Shown here piece by piece: positions 17,025-26,040 of a stretch of DNA of 40,116 nucleotides. The position numbers and the translations under genes are program-made. The notes beneath the pieces are model-generated. The model was not told where the DNA came from and made no database searches. It was given only the letters and a program-made list of their open reading frames with translations. The DNA is taken from positions 1 to 40,116 of IMG/VR virus record IMGVR_UViG_3300045988_037305, one strand, 5' to 3'. Origin of the DNA: a virus. Numbering within the stretch: position 1 is the stretch's first letter; each line of letters starts with the position of its first letter.

Positions 17025-17798
17025 TTATTTTGGCTTTTTCTGCCTGTTTGCTTTTTTCGCTTGCTCCTTAATGTATTCAAAGGCGTTGTAGTATTCCAAA
17101 ACGGTAAATTTTTTCGGGTCAACGTGCAGATTTTGGGACAAAATCAAACACATATTTTCAAACTGTCTGTCATGCTTAATTTCCACACCATCCGACCCGG
17201 TGAATTTTTGCGGGTTGAAATACGTTATCAACTCCGCCGTTATGTCGTCAATCTCTTTTGCGTCCGCCTCGGTTGCCCGACCATCTATAATTGTCCGTAA
17301 TATAACAATCGTTCTTTGTTTCAGTTTGTCGTAATATTCTTTCAGCGTCGCATCGTCGAACAACCGGGGAAAATACAAACGCAATTCTTCATCTATTTTT
17401 TTTTTGACCGCTTCCAATTGGGCGGTCAACTCGGGGGTCGGTGTATCGGCGAATAAATCCAATACCTTTTGCAAGCCGTCCGCCGTCATATCGTTGTATT
17501 CGGTCCCGTCCACGGACTTAACCAAACAGGCAAACGCCAAATACTTTGGCGATATGGCGGATTGGATGAAATAAACGTTTTGCCGCAAATTATCCAATTC
17601 CTTTTCCGCCAAATCCGGATTACCTTTTCGGATAAACCGGATTGCTTTTTCAATATGCGCATCCCAATTGCTCAAATCCGAACCAATCCCGGCATCGATA
17701 AGCAACATTTTGTTATATGCGTGGAATCGCAAAATCGGCAATTCGTCGATACTGTCGTACAACACAACCGCCCGTCCTCCTATCTTTGTCGTTCTCAT
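17025..17798 (-). CDS. Tail assembly chaperone candidate (by position)
   Basis: This is track ORF 17025..17921 trimmed to the ATG at 17798 (MRTTKIGGRAVVLYDS...), which forms an ATGA overlap with the stop of the upstream gene. It is 257 aa, mostly helical and acidic, with a basic tail (KKANRQKKPK). It lies immediately upstream of the tape measure gene. Confidence 0.4.
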   Translation of the reverse strand: MRTTKIGGRAVVLYDSIDELPILRFHAYNKMLLIDAGIGSDLSNWDAHIEKAIRFIRKGNPDLAEKELDNLRQNVYFIQSAISPKYLAFACLVKSVDGTEYNDMTADGLQKVLDLFADTPTPELTAQLEAVKKKIDEELRLYFPRLFDDATLKEYYDKLKQRTIVILRTIIDGRATEADAKEIDDITAELITYFNPQKFTGSDGVEIKHDRQFENMCLILSQNLHVDPKKFTVLEYYNAFEYIKEQAKKANRQKKPK

Positions 17799-18052
17799 AA
17801 AAGTATGCGGGTTATGACGGTTGAACAAAACGGGACCAATAACAATGCCGGGTTCCCGGCGCATATAGCAAACAGAACGGACAAAACGACCCCCGCCCAC
17901 CATGATAAGCAAAAGCCGCAATTAAACATTTCAACAAAAAAGTCGTTGCCGTGAACTTGGACGTACTCAATAACGCCCCATTTTTTTAACAGGGTTAACA
18001 GGAACGCCGCTACGGTTGCCACGACCAAAACCCAAACAAAGAAAGTTACCAT
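17795..18052 (-). CDS. Small integral membrane protein, DUF1360-like (CGFC..WW motif)
   Basis: This is track ORF 17795..18097 trimmed to the ATG at 18052 (MVTFFVWVLVVATVAAFLLTLLKKWG...FNCGFCLSWWAGVVLSVLFAICAG...). It has 3 hydrophobic helices and a C-x-x-C-x-x-W-W motif like DUF1360. Confidence 0.45.
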   Translation of the reverse strand: MVTFFVWVLVVATVAAFLLTLLKKWGVIEYVQVHGNDFFVEMFNCGFCLSWWAGVVLSVLFAICAGNPALLLVPFCSTVITRILL

Positions 18053-18056
18053 ATCG

Positions 18057-18656
18057 TTAAATATTACAAGGTTGATTAACTGACAACACACCCTCAAAGC
18101 GAAAACCGCCGAATGGGTGCATTAAAAATTGATTATCTATTTCGTCTAACGTAAACCCACGGTACACGTTTTCCGCCAACTCATAAATCCGGTTTATTAC
18201 AATTGCCCCGTCTTTCAGCCAAAAGCCGCCATTTAGGACGGTCAATATTTCATTCTTCAATGCCTCGGTATTCCGGTTATTGAGTTGTCCGGGGTAAACC
18301 TTGCGCAAATCGAACCAAACAATAAGGGAAAACGGGGCTTTCACCTCGCTTTGCTCTTTGGGAACCCAACCAACCGTTTGCGGGTCGTCTATCCAAAAGA
18401 ACGAAAAATTGCCAATATTGGCATCCGGCGAAACGTCGATATAGTCGTTGTTGCCTCTCCATTCCGTCCCGCCCGCATATACGTTCGGGGTATAATAGCG
18501 TTTGCCCTGTATCACTTTGGCGATACGTTGCGCCCGCCCAAATGCGACGTCCAACCAATCGATGTTATCCATTAACCCGGTTTGTATGTTCCCCAAAACT
18601 CGGTCGATTAAAACCGGGTTGGGAATTATAGGGGGTATTCTCTTATTCGTTGCCAT
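18057..18656 (-). CDS. Virion structural protein (tail tube or tail terminator candidate by position)
   Basis: 199 aa in the head-tail/tail region. Its start overlaps the upstream gene by 14 nt. No motif was recognised. Confidence 0.35.
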   Translation of the reverse strand: MATNKRIPPIIPNPVLIDRVLGNIQTGLMDNIDWLDVAFGRAQRIAKVIQGKRYYTPNVYAGGTEWRGNNDYIDVSPDANIGNFSFFWIDDPQTVGWVPKEQSEVKAPFSLIVWFDLRKVYPGQLNNRNTEALKNEILTVLNGGFWLKDGAIVINRIYELAENVYRGFTLDEIDNQFLMHPFGGFRFEGVLSVNQPCNI

Positions 18657-19113
18657 ATAATACGTTTTTTGCTTTCTCCATTAAGTCCGGGAATATATAT
18701 TGCCAAATTAGCACCGCAATATTTTCTTTCGTCAATCCCAATATTTGCCGCCCGTACTTTTTTATTAAATCCTCTGTTTTGAAATCCGACGCTTTTATTT
18801 CAAACTGCTTGTCGCCGACTTCCAAAAAAAAACTGCTTTCAAAATCGCCCTCGTCCCTTAACGTAACCCGGTTTGTCGGTTGTCCCAATGCTTTCTTAAT
18901 TTCAATCGTCACTGGGCTGTACGGCGCGTAGTCCATAATATCCACGCCCAAACGGTTGATACCCTGTTCATACAATTGTTCCTCTGCGTTCATGTCAACA
19001 ATATAGGCGTCATTGTCCCAAATGATTTGTTGAATGTATTCGCCGGACGATACCCCGTTGTTGAACGTGGCAACCCGGTTGCGTAAATCCTGTATTGACT
19101 TCAAGCCCGCCAT
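18643..19113 (-). CDS. Virion structural protein (head-tail connector/neck candidate by position)
   Basis: 156 aa located between the post-capsid 445-aa gene and the tail genes. Assignment is by position only. Confidence 0.35.
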   Translation of the reverse strand: MAGLKSIQDLRNRVATFNNGVSSGEYIQQIIWDNDAYIVDMNAEEQLYEQGINRLGVDIMDYAPYSPVTIEIKKALGQPTNRVTLRDEGDFESSFFLEVGDKQFEIKASDFKTEDLIKKYGRQILGLTKENIAVLIWQYIFPDLMEKAKNVLYGNE

Positions 19114-19117
19114 AACC

Positions 19118-20455
19118 TTACGTTGTCCGGTATTTCACGCCGTGGTTATTACACGCAAGGCAAATACGGTCGATACCCTGCGTATCCAACCGCAACGCCT
19201 CGTATGCTTTTTTAAGGTCATAAGCCAACCCGCCGGGGCGACCCTCAACGTTGCCGTCCAACTCGTAAAGAATTTCCACCCGGCTTGCGTTTACTTGGTT
19301 CCGGTTCACTTTAACATCGGGGTTCATTGCCAACGTGCGCAACATAGTTGCGGCGACCTGTCGTTGGATAACCGTTTGGAAAATCTGCCTTTCCTTAATG
19401 ATAAAATCCGTTAAGTCGCAACCAACGGTTATTTCGCAATTCAACCCGTAATTCTGCGTATTGGTGTACATCGTCAACGCAATATCCCATAGTTCGGGGT
19501 ATTCGTCGAATGTTTCCGGGGCGTTCATCATAAACGGGGATACTTGTAAATACTTGGTTATTTCCCGCCAACGCTCTAAATCAACGTACCCCGTACACGT
19601 CCCGCATGGTTCCCGGCTCCAATCCTTAGTCATATTAATTGCCTGCATCCCGGCGGGCAAATCGTTTTGGTTGTAGCAAAGAAACCACGACCCCCCGGCG
19701 TTGTTTCCGGTACTGATATACGGCAAATAACAATCTTTTAACGGGAACCATTGGAAACCGCCGTTTGTCTGCGTAAAATTCAAATCAAACGTCTTTATCG
19801 GGTCAATTTGGGACGAATGGAAAAGATACATACGAACAACTCCCGTTGCGCCCGTCATCTGCAACCCTATTTGCTCAATTTTCATTGTTACGCCCATCGA
19901 ACGAACCGGGACAATTTCAAACCCTACCAATTTATGATTATTGGGCAACGTCGCCCGGATACGTCCCGCACCGTCAAAAAACGTGCGCCGCTCTAACAGG
20001 TTCTTTGTTTCCTTATCCAATCCCTTTATTTGCGTGAATGTTTGTACCATTTGCGCAATACCGTTGCGGGTCAATCGCTCTAAATAATCGGAAATGAAAT
20101 TGTACGGTTGCCAATAGGGGTTGCCGTAGTCGTCGTTGTAATCGTCGTTAAAATCGCTTTCGGTCGGTTCCTCGTTTTGGTTGTTCCGTGCCGCAATCCA
20201 TACTTTGTTGTTGTGGCGAACCTTTGCCCCGGTTTTATACTCCGAAATCATATTCCAAACCGGATATTGAAAAACGAAATCATCCGGGACGATTGCCCGG
20301 ACATTATCCAAAGTAACAAGGGGGTGCGCTCCTTGAAACGTCAAACCGCTTTCCGTCTGCGTTAAATTGTCGTCTATCGCCTTTGCCGGGTCGTATGATT
20401 GTTCCCACCCGACGACGTGCAATAATGCGTCCTGTATTTTTTGTAATCGGTACAT
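19118..20455 (-). CDS. Virion structural protein with a CBM5/12-like carbohydrate-binding insert
   Basis: This is track ORF 19118..20515 (TTG start) trimmed to the ATG at 20455 (MYRLQKIQDALL...). YPVWNMISEYKTGAKVRHNNKVWIAARNNQNEEP resembles the W..Y..G..V...G..Y.A.W pattern of chitin-binding-type modules. It is followed by the DFNDDYNDDYGNPYW repeat. Confidence 0.4.
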   Translation of the reverse strand: MYRLQKIQDALLHVVGWEQSYDPAKAIDDNLTQTESGLTFQGAHPLVTLDNVRAIVPDDFVFQYPVWNMISEYKTGAKVRHNNKVWIAARNNQNEEPTESDFNDDYNDDYGNPYWQPYNFISDYLERLTRNGIAQMVQTFTQIKGLDKETKNLLERRTFFDGAGRIRATLPNNHKLVGFEIVPVRSMGVTMKIEQIGLQMTGATGVVRMYLFHSSQIDPIKTFDLNFTQTNGGFQWFPLKDCYLPYISTGNNAGGSWFLCYNQNDLPAGMQAINMTKDWSREPCGTCTGYVDLERWREITKYLQVSPFMMNAPETFDEYPELWDIALTMYTNTQNYGLNCEITVGCDLTDFIIKERQIFQTVIQRQVAATMLRTLAMNPDVKVNRNQVNASRVEILYELDGNVEGRPGGLAYDLKKAYEALRLDTQGIDRICLACNNHGVKYRTT

Positions 20456-20463
20456 CTGCGTTT

Positions 20464-20503
20464 CGAAATAAATAAGGGGACGGGGGATAACCACCCCATC
20501 CCC
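20464..20503 (-). terminator. Intrinsic terminator/attenuator immediately downstream of the major capsid gene
   Basis: On the minus strand ggggatgggg pairs with ccccgtcccc (plus-strand arms 20494-20503 and 20476-20485), a ~10-bp GC stem with one G-U pair. It is followed by ttatttattt. Partial termination after a capsid gene is a common phage arrangement. Confidence 0.5.
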
Positions 20504-20532
20504 TCGGTTTAACAATTCGTTATGCCCCGGCG

Positions 20533-21636
20533 TTATGCCCCGGCGGGAAATTCTCCGGCGTTGGTCACATATACAGGCATACCCAATGGTTCGTTCGGAT
20601 TGCGGGCGGCAATCTCGGCTTTGATAATCGGGTTTGCAACGGTATCCGGCTTGCTGTTGTAAGCAACCATATACGCCACGTCAACGGAAAATCCGAAATA
20701 CTCCTTAACGGCGCACGTCAAATCGGCGGTAGCGTCGCCCATGATTGCTGATTGGTCGCCAACGGCGGTGTAATAGTGCGAACCAACGGGCAAATCAATG
20801 TACGGCAAACGTACGACATCCCATTCGTGGGAATTCGCACGGGTGCGGCGCAATGCCTCACGGTCAACACGGGTAAGAATACCAACATTACCGTCAGCAA
20901 CTGCAAACATGGTTCCCATTTTGCCCGCTTCGTCGGTTACGTTGTTCGTGTAGTGCAGAACCTTGTTATCAAACTCCATGCGCTTGTTCACATCGTTGTA
21001 AACGCCATGTTGCGCAAGTTTACGAATAAGGCTATCAACCCCGGCGTTGGCGATAAGGTGGATATATTCCGGGTAACAGTTCGCCCGCATCAGCGGGTTA
21101 ATATCGCCCAAAATCTCGGTCGCCATTTGGGTTGGCACCTGTACCACGTTGCCCGCCTGCGTGTAGTTAAGCAACGTTTTAAACACCTGTGTTTTGTTTG
21201 CCTCCAATGCGGCAACGGCTCCAACATCCAATTTGTTCGCCAAGGCACGGCACGTCTTTTCCATTTTGCGCAAAAAGTCGTGTTCGTAGGAAATTTCGTT
21301 GTTCATGTAGGCGGCGGGAACCATTGTGAAGCCAATGGAATAAGTCGCCCAAACAACCGTTACCAATGCGGACGTATTTTCATCGTCAGCGATAACGCAC
21401 GAACGGACGTTGCCAACCTGTACATCGCCGTCGTAATTGATAACGGGTACTTGTACCGTGTTACCAATAGACGCAAACGCACGGTCACGCAAATTGGGAC
21501 TAATGATTGAGGACGGGGCGTTGGTTTGCTCAATAAAAAAATCCAATGCGCCATACTCGCACGGGCGGGTCATATTACGGTCTAACTCCGGGTTTTCAAT
21601 CCGCCAATTCTGCAATCTTGTTGCTAATAATGACAT
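20533..21636 (-). CDS. Major capsid protein (HK97-fold candidate)
   Basis: 367 aa, lying directly downstream of the scaffold-like gene and followed by a terminator-like hairpin. Size and position are typical. Assignment rests on synteny and general sequence character. Confidence 0.65.
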   Translation of the reverse strand: MSLLATRLQNWRIENPELDRNMTRPCEYGALDFFIEQTNAPSSIISPNLRDRAFASIGNTVQVPVINYDGDVQVGNVRSCVIADDENTSALVTVVWATYSIGFTMVPAAYMNNEISYEHDFLRKMEKTCRALANKLDVGAVAALEANKTQVFKTLLNYTQAGNVVQVPTQMATEILGDINPLMRANCYPEYIHLIANAGVDSLIRKLAQHGVYNDVNKRMEFDNKVLHYTNNVTDEAGKMGTMFAVADGNVGILTRVDREALRRTRANSHEWDVVRLPYIDLPVGSHYYTAVGDQSAIMGDATADLTCAVKEYFGFSVDVAYMVAYNSKPDTVANPIIKAEIAARNPNEPLGMPVYVTNAGEFPAGA

Positions 21637-21691
21637 AATGTAAAAAAATTAAGTGTTATTAAATGCGGGTTTACCCTTTACCCGTGATTGT

Positions 21692-22642
21692 TTACTTTTC
21701 CGGCAATGCGGCAATATTGTTGTCCTGCCATGCCTGTTTCATTGCGGCGTCGAACTTTTCGGAACCCGCCGTTAAGCCCTGCGCCATAAGGTTTGTTGCG
21801 ATTGCGTCGTAAGCCTCAACACGGGTTTTTGCGCCCGTTACGTCAATGGTTATTCCGCTACCACCGCCGGCACCGCCCGCCGTGGAACCCGTTCCGCCGC
21901 CTTTGGCTTGGCGTCCCTTATCCAAAATACCCATTGTATCCAATTCCTTTGCCAACAGATCGCCGGGGGTGTACGGGTTCAACTGATTGTTCGGGTTACG
22001 CATAATTGCGCCGCTTTCGTCCTTAAAAGCAAGGATTTTACCGCCTTTTCCGTCGTCGATATATTCGGGGTTCATACCCTTAATTTTGTCGATTGCTTGC
22101 GCTAACAAAACCTTTGTTGCGCTTTCGGGCAATCCCGGTTTGAATTTCAACCCGGCGGTTGCCGTCTGCAATGCGCCCTCAATACGAACGCCGAACAACT
22201 CCGTTTGGAAATTCTTTTCGGCTTCATCGTATTTGGTTTTGAGGTCGTTAAACTGCGTCTTTACCGCCGTCAAATCGGCTTTCGCCTGTTTCAACGCCTT
22301 TGCCGTTTCCGCATCAGTCGCACCATCTGCAATCGCCTTTTCCAAACGTGCCTTTTCTTTTGTTAGACTGTCGATTTGGGTTTGCAATCCGCTTGCGCTT
22401 TCCGCTTTGGCTTTGAACTCGGCAACCACACGCTTTGCGTAATCAAACGTTTTTTCGGTTCCGTTCTTTGCGATACCGGACGCCGCCAAAATATCGGCAT
22501 CCAATCCGCCGTAAATTTCGCCCGTTTTTTTGGCGATTACGCTGTTCTCATCGTTGGCGGACAATGTTGTTATTGCCGCAATTTGTTCGTCGGTTAATCC
22601 GGCTAATGCCGCATTTGCAATTAAAATTTCTCTCGTTAACAT
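21692..22642 (-). CDS. Scaffolding protein
   Basis: 316 aa, A/K/E/T-rich and helical (LQTQIDSLTKEKARLEKAIADGATDAETAKALKQAKADLTAVKTQFNDLKTKYDEAEK), with a Gly-rich linker (GGGTGSTAGGAGGGSG). It lies immediately upstream of the capsid gene. Confidence 0.6.
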   Translation of the reverse strand: MLTREILIANAALAGLTDEQIAAITTLSANDENSVIAKKTGEIYGGLDADILAASGIAKNGTEKTFDYAKRVVAEFKAKAESASGLQTQIDSLTKEKARLEKAIADGATDAETAKALKQAKADLTAVKTQFNDLKTKYDEAEKNFQTELFGVRIEGALQTATAGLKFKPGLPESATKVLLAQAIDKIKGMNPEYIDDGKGGKILAFKDESGAIMRNPNNQLNPYTPGDLLAKELDTMGILDKGRQAKGGGTGSTAGGAGGGSGITIDVTGAKTRVEAYDAIATNLMAQGLTAGSEKFDAAMKQAWQDNNIAALPEK

Positions 22643-22659
22643 AATTCTTTCCCTTTGAA

Positions 22660-22929
22660 TTAATTAAGTGCGATTGTTGCTACTGCTCCGCTGTTTGCGT
22701 TAATAATATCAATTGTGTATTTTGGGGAATCCCCGGTTGTGTCAACCAACCAACTAACAACACGTGCATGGCTGATTTCCTTTTCAACCTCTTTTGTTAC
22801 CAAAATGACGTCGGCAATTGTTCCGCCCTCAATACATTCAATCAACTTTTTCTTTGTGTCGCCATCCAATGCGGCGGCGGTTGTTGATACTTCAATAACC
22901 AAATTGTCCTGCTGTGCAATATGTGCCAT
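22660..22929 (-). CDS. Hypothetical head-module protein
   Basis: 89-aa ORF with an ATG start, located between the portal-region genes and the scaffold gene. Confidence 0.45.
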   Translation of the reverse strand: MAHIAQQDNLVIEVSTTAAALDGDTKKKLIECIEGGTIADVILVTKEVEKEISHARVVSWLVDTTGDSPKYTIDIINANSGAVATIALN

Positions 22930-22958
22930 AATCGTATTTTTAATAGTTTAATACTCTG

Positions 22959-23477
22959 TTACTTTTTCGCTCCGGGTTTGTCCTCGGCTTCTGCCTTTGC
23001 CTTTGCATCGGCTTTGGTTTCTTTGGCGGGTTCCGCCGGGATAACTCCCGCCGCTTTCAATTCCGCCAAAATTTCAGCCTTTAACGCCGCTTTTTCCTCG
23101 GCTTTGGCTTTCGCCTCGGCTTCTGCCTTTGCCTTTGCATCGGCGGCGGCTTTTTCCTCGGCGGCTTTCTGTTGTGCGGCGGTTAGTGCCGCCTTTCCCT
23201 CGGCTTGCGCCTTGACATACTCGTTGGGGTCGTGCAATATGGTAATCGTGTAACCCTGTTTTCTTAGTGCGTCCAAAATGCCGTTTTCAAACGACTTTTT
23301 GCCGAACTTTTGGATACGGGGGACGGATAAGCGTTTGCCCGTTTCGCTGTCAAACTTGCGTGCCTCGATTACGCAATGATACAGATGTTGTTCGTTGCTT
23401 GGAACAATGTAGTTTTCGGGGTTGACATCGGTAATTGCGACGTCCTTTGTTTTACCCCCTGTTGTTTTTACTCGCAT
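22959..23477 (-). CDS. Head-module protein with an Ala/Lys/Glu-rich low-complexity C-terminal half
   Basis: 172 aa. A globular N-domain is followed by AALTAAQQKAAEEKAAADAKAKAEAEAKAKAEEKAALKAEILAELKAAG...ADAKAKAEAEDKPGAKK. It contains a 31-nt internal direct repeat cctcggcttctgcctttgcctttgcatcggc at 22982-23012 and 23114-23144. Confidence 0.5.
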   Translation of the reverse strand: MRVKTTGGKTKDVAITDVNPENYIVPSNEQHLYHCVIEARKFDSETGKRLSVPRIQKFGKKSFENGILDALRKQGYTITILHDPNEYVKAQAEGKAALTAAQQKAAEEKAAADAKAKAEAEAKAKAEEKAALKAEILAELKAAGVIPAEPAKETKADAKAKAEAEDKPGAKK

Positions 23478-25170
23478 ACTCGTTTAATTTACTTATTATT
23501 ACTGAAATCTTTTGGTCGAATGGTATTTGCGTTCCAAACTCCAAAATGTTTGTATTCTCCCGTTCAAACCTGCGAACAAAGTTAGCGAAATTTAACTTTA
23601 TACGCAATTCATTCTCCGAGATTAAGTTACGCCCGTATAAATCTAATACCTCGTTCCGGGTCAAATGGCGGTACGGTTCTAACTCTGCCAATATCAACAT
23701 ACGTCGCAATTGGGTCGGATTGTTCCGATACTCCGTTTCGATAATCTGATTTTGTAGGGCGTCCAATTCTGCCTCACTTGCGCCGCTTTCCTTTGCCGTC
23801 TTGTACCGGTTCCGCAACTCGCTTGCGTCGTACAAATAGAACTCCGTGCCGTAATTGATTTTTGCAGACACGAACAAATCGCCGTACCGCAATCGGCAAA
23901 CCGTTTCATCGACGAACTGTTGGGCGGCTTCAAAGCCTTTTTTCACCCGGTTCAATACCGTGCTTTGGCTCTCAAATGCGGCTTTGACCTGTTGTTCATT
24001 GAACGCCTCCCGTTGGGTTACTTCCTCGTTTTGTCCGACGACGGCGGTAATAATGTTTTCCCGCAATCGCTTTTCTTCCTCAACGTTGTAGTCCAAACTT
24101 GAACGGTCAACGGTCAACATTTGTACCGGGTTCCGCAAATCGGGTTGTTTGTCCCCGTCCGGTATCGGTATTTCAACAAAGGACCCCGCCCCGGTAATCC
24201 GCTTGTCGCCGCACTTGGGGCAACGCATCAACAATCCGGCTTGGTCTAACCTGTAATACCCTTGTTTGTCTTTCAAAAAACCACCGTCGCAATAATCGCC
24301 GTTTTCGGCGTTTGTAAAATCGCACGATTGTTCGTATCCGGAATAAATCGGGTACGACCCGTACATATCCAAATGCCGCTTCGATATATGGAAAAACAAA
24401 AACCAATCCAACGCTTCCAATTCATTTGTTAGCGGAGATTGCTTAACGTCCGGTTCTCGCAAATTCATTGGCTCATCCCAAAAGAAACGGGCGGGGCAAT
24501 AGCGCAAATCGTGTGGGTTGTCAACCAATAATTCGCCTATATTGCCCCCCTCGCCCTCTGCAAATACTCGGTATCGTTCATCGTCAATAACTGCAATGCG
24601 TTTATCGGGTTGGCGAAAAATTATCCAATCCATAACCCCGGTTGTCCGGTTTGCTTCAAAGGTTATGACGCTTTCTATTGGCAACCAATAAAAATACGGG
24701 GTCGGGTATCGGTCGGCGGGGTTTTGCTCGGCGGGCAAATCAACTATTAAGACGCTGTTTATTTCCGCCTTGAAAAACTCCCAACCTTTCGTACTCCAAA
24801 TTTCCGGTTCCTTTAATACATTTTGGCGGTAATACTCCCAATCGTCCCGCTGTTCCGTGTTTTGAAATTGATAGTTGAACGCCGGGTTACGACCGTCGAA
24901 AATACGGCTTAATTTCTTAAAACAAACGTCCGTTACCTCGTTAGTACAAACGGGGTAACGGAACAATGTTTTGAAGATTTTAAATTTATCGTGCGGAATA
25001 AGATTTTGAACCCATGCCAAAAAATCGGTCGTGGGTAAACACATTAAGGGCGTCACGTTGGTTTGGGCGTGAAATTTAATGCGGTTTTGGTGCGCAACCG
25101 CTTTATTTATCGTCGCCTTTTTCCTCGGTTCCTGTATTTCCTTTCTTATGCGTTTTATATCTAATCCCAT
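23452..25170 (-). CDS. Portal protein candidate
   Basis: This is track ORF 23452..25263 (TTG start) trimmed to the ATG at 25170 (MGLDIKRIRKE...). The start is uncertain, with alternatives at 25221 and 25044. It is about 573 aa and lies between TerL and the scaffold/capsid genes. It contains a Cys-rich insert (SCDF...DYCDGG...RCPKCGDK). Confidence 0.55.
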   Translation of the reverse strand: MGLDIKRIRKEIQEPRKKATINKAVAHQNRIKFHAQTNVTPLMCLPTTDFLAWVQNLIPHDKFKIFKTLFRYPVCTNEVTDVCFKKLSRIFDGRNPAFNYQFQNTEQRDDWEYYRQNVLKEPEIWSTKGWEFFKAEINSVLIVDLPAEQNPADRYPTPYFYWLPIESVITFEANRTTGVMDWIIFRQPDKRIAVIDDERYRVFAEGEGGNIGELLVDNPHDLRYCPARFFWDEPMNLREPDVKQSPLTNELEALDWFLFFHISKRHLDMYGSYPIYSGYEQSCDFTNAENGDYCDGGFLKDKQGYYRLDQAGLLMRCPKCGDKRITGAGSFVEIPIPDGDKQPDLRNPVQMLTVDRSSLDYNVEEEKRLRENIITAVVGQNEEVTQREAFNEQQVKAAFESQSTVLNRVKKGFEAAQQFVDETVCRLRYGDLFVSAKINYGTEFYLYDASELRNRYKTAKESGASEAELDALQNQIIETEYRNNPTQLRRMLILAELEPYRHLTRNEVLDLYGRNLISENELRIKLNFANFVRRFERENTNILEFGTQIPFDQKISVIISKLNEYASKNNRG

Positions 25171-25324
25171 CTTCTTTGCTAAATTCAAAAGGTGTCTTTT
25201 CGGGCAACTGCCAACCGCCATTGTTAGGCATTCGCAACAGGCGTTCGGCGTGGTTAATCTCAAATTCTTCGGTCGTGTTAAGGGTCGGACACTCCAACAC
25301 GACCTTTGTAACTTTCGCCGTCAT
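25103..25324 (-). CDS. Hypothetical small protein
   Basis: 73 aa. Its ATG overlaps the stop of the upstream 214-aa gene (TAATG). Its 3' end overlaps the candidate portal start region. Confidence 0.4.
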   Translation of the reverse strand: MTAKVTKVVLECPTLNTTEEFEINHAERLLRMPNNGGWQLPEKTPFEFSKEDGIRYKTHKKGNTGTEEKGDDK

Positions 25325-25968
25325 TACCCTTGTGCGGGTTTCAAATCCGTAAGCGGGTTAAACGCCGGGGCAACAATCGCCAAATCGTCCGACCAATTAG
25401 GCAAAAACGCCCATTGTATTGCGTTGCTGTCCGGGGCTTCCAAACCGCCCAACGTCTTATCGCCTATAAAAAGCGAACGTATCGGTATCGGATAGAATGT
25501 ACCCTCCGTTGTAGCGTCCTTAATGGCTCCAATTGCGCCGTTTTCGTCAAAAATGAAGACACCCAAATTGTCGCCCCAACTTTCGCATTGCATTTCCTTT
25601 AATGCTTTGATAACCTCCTGTGGGGCTTTGCGGATAACTCCGGTAAACGGGGTTGGCTCACGTCCGATAATTTCTTCGACACCTCCCAACGTTTCGTTAC
25701 CGCCGCCAAAGGTTCGGGCGGCTCCCGCCTCGGCGGTCGGGGCTTGGATATACGGCGAAACAACTACCTTTGTACCATCCGCCGCCGACAATAGGGACGT
25801 CCACGACGCTAACGCCGTAATCGCTTTTTCACTCGTAAAACTGTTTTTGCTTCCGTCGCCTTTCGTAAGACGTTGAAAAGCCACTTTTTGAACCTGTCCG
25901 AAACTTTCCGGACACTTGATTGCGGGAACATCGGGCAACGCTGCCCCCGCCGGACATTTACAAATCAT
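25324..25968 (-). CDS. Structural-module protein with its own promoter (abundant virion protein candidate; function unknown)
   Basis: 214 aa and the first gene after the terminator-promoter pair downstream of terL. The N-terminus has paired Cys residues (MICKCPAGAALPDVPAIKCPESF). No family was recognised. Confidence 0.45.
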   Translation of the reverse strand: MICKCPAGAALPDVPAIKCPESFGQVQKVAFQRLTKGDGSKNSFTSEKAITALASWTSLLSAADGTKVVVSPYIQAPTAEAGAARTFGGGNETLGGVEEIIGREPTPFTGVIRKAPQEVIKALKEMQCESWGDNLGVFIFDENGAIGAIKDATTEGTFYPIPIRSLFIGDKTLGGLEAPDSNAIQWAFLPNWSDDLAIVAPAFNPLTDLKPAQG

Positions 25969-26040
25969 ACTTCTTTGTTTTTAACGTTAAAATATTATTA
26001 CTTTCTCTACGGGGCTGTCCCTTTGCCCCATTACTTATTG

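Noticed and set aside
17025-18052. A programmed -1 frameshift (gpG/gpGT-type) could lie upstream of the tape measure gene.
   Set aside because: The two ORFs here are joined by a simple ATGA stop-start overlap. I found no slippery heptamer and no extended overlapping frame. The upstream ORF is a membrane protein rather than a chaperone-like protein.
22959-23260. The Ala/Lys/Glu-rich repeat DNA could be a non-coding satellite or regulatory repeat.
   Set aside because: It is in frame within a 172-aa ORF with a coherent AKAEAE helical periodicity. The plus-strand ORF 22921..23253 is its antisense shadow.
25170-25263. The longer portal start at 25263, as listed in the track.
   Set aside because: The codon at 25263 is TTG, and the extension (MRLTTPNACCECLTMAVGSC...) would overlap most of the translationally coupled 73-aa ORF. 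The ATG at 25170 is preferred, but the true start remains uncertain.
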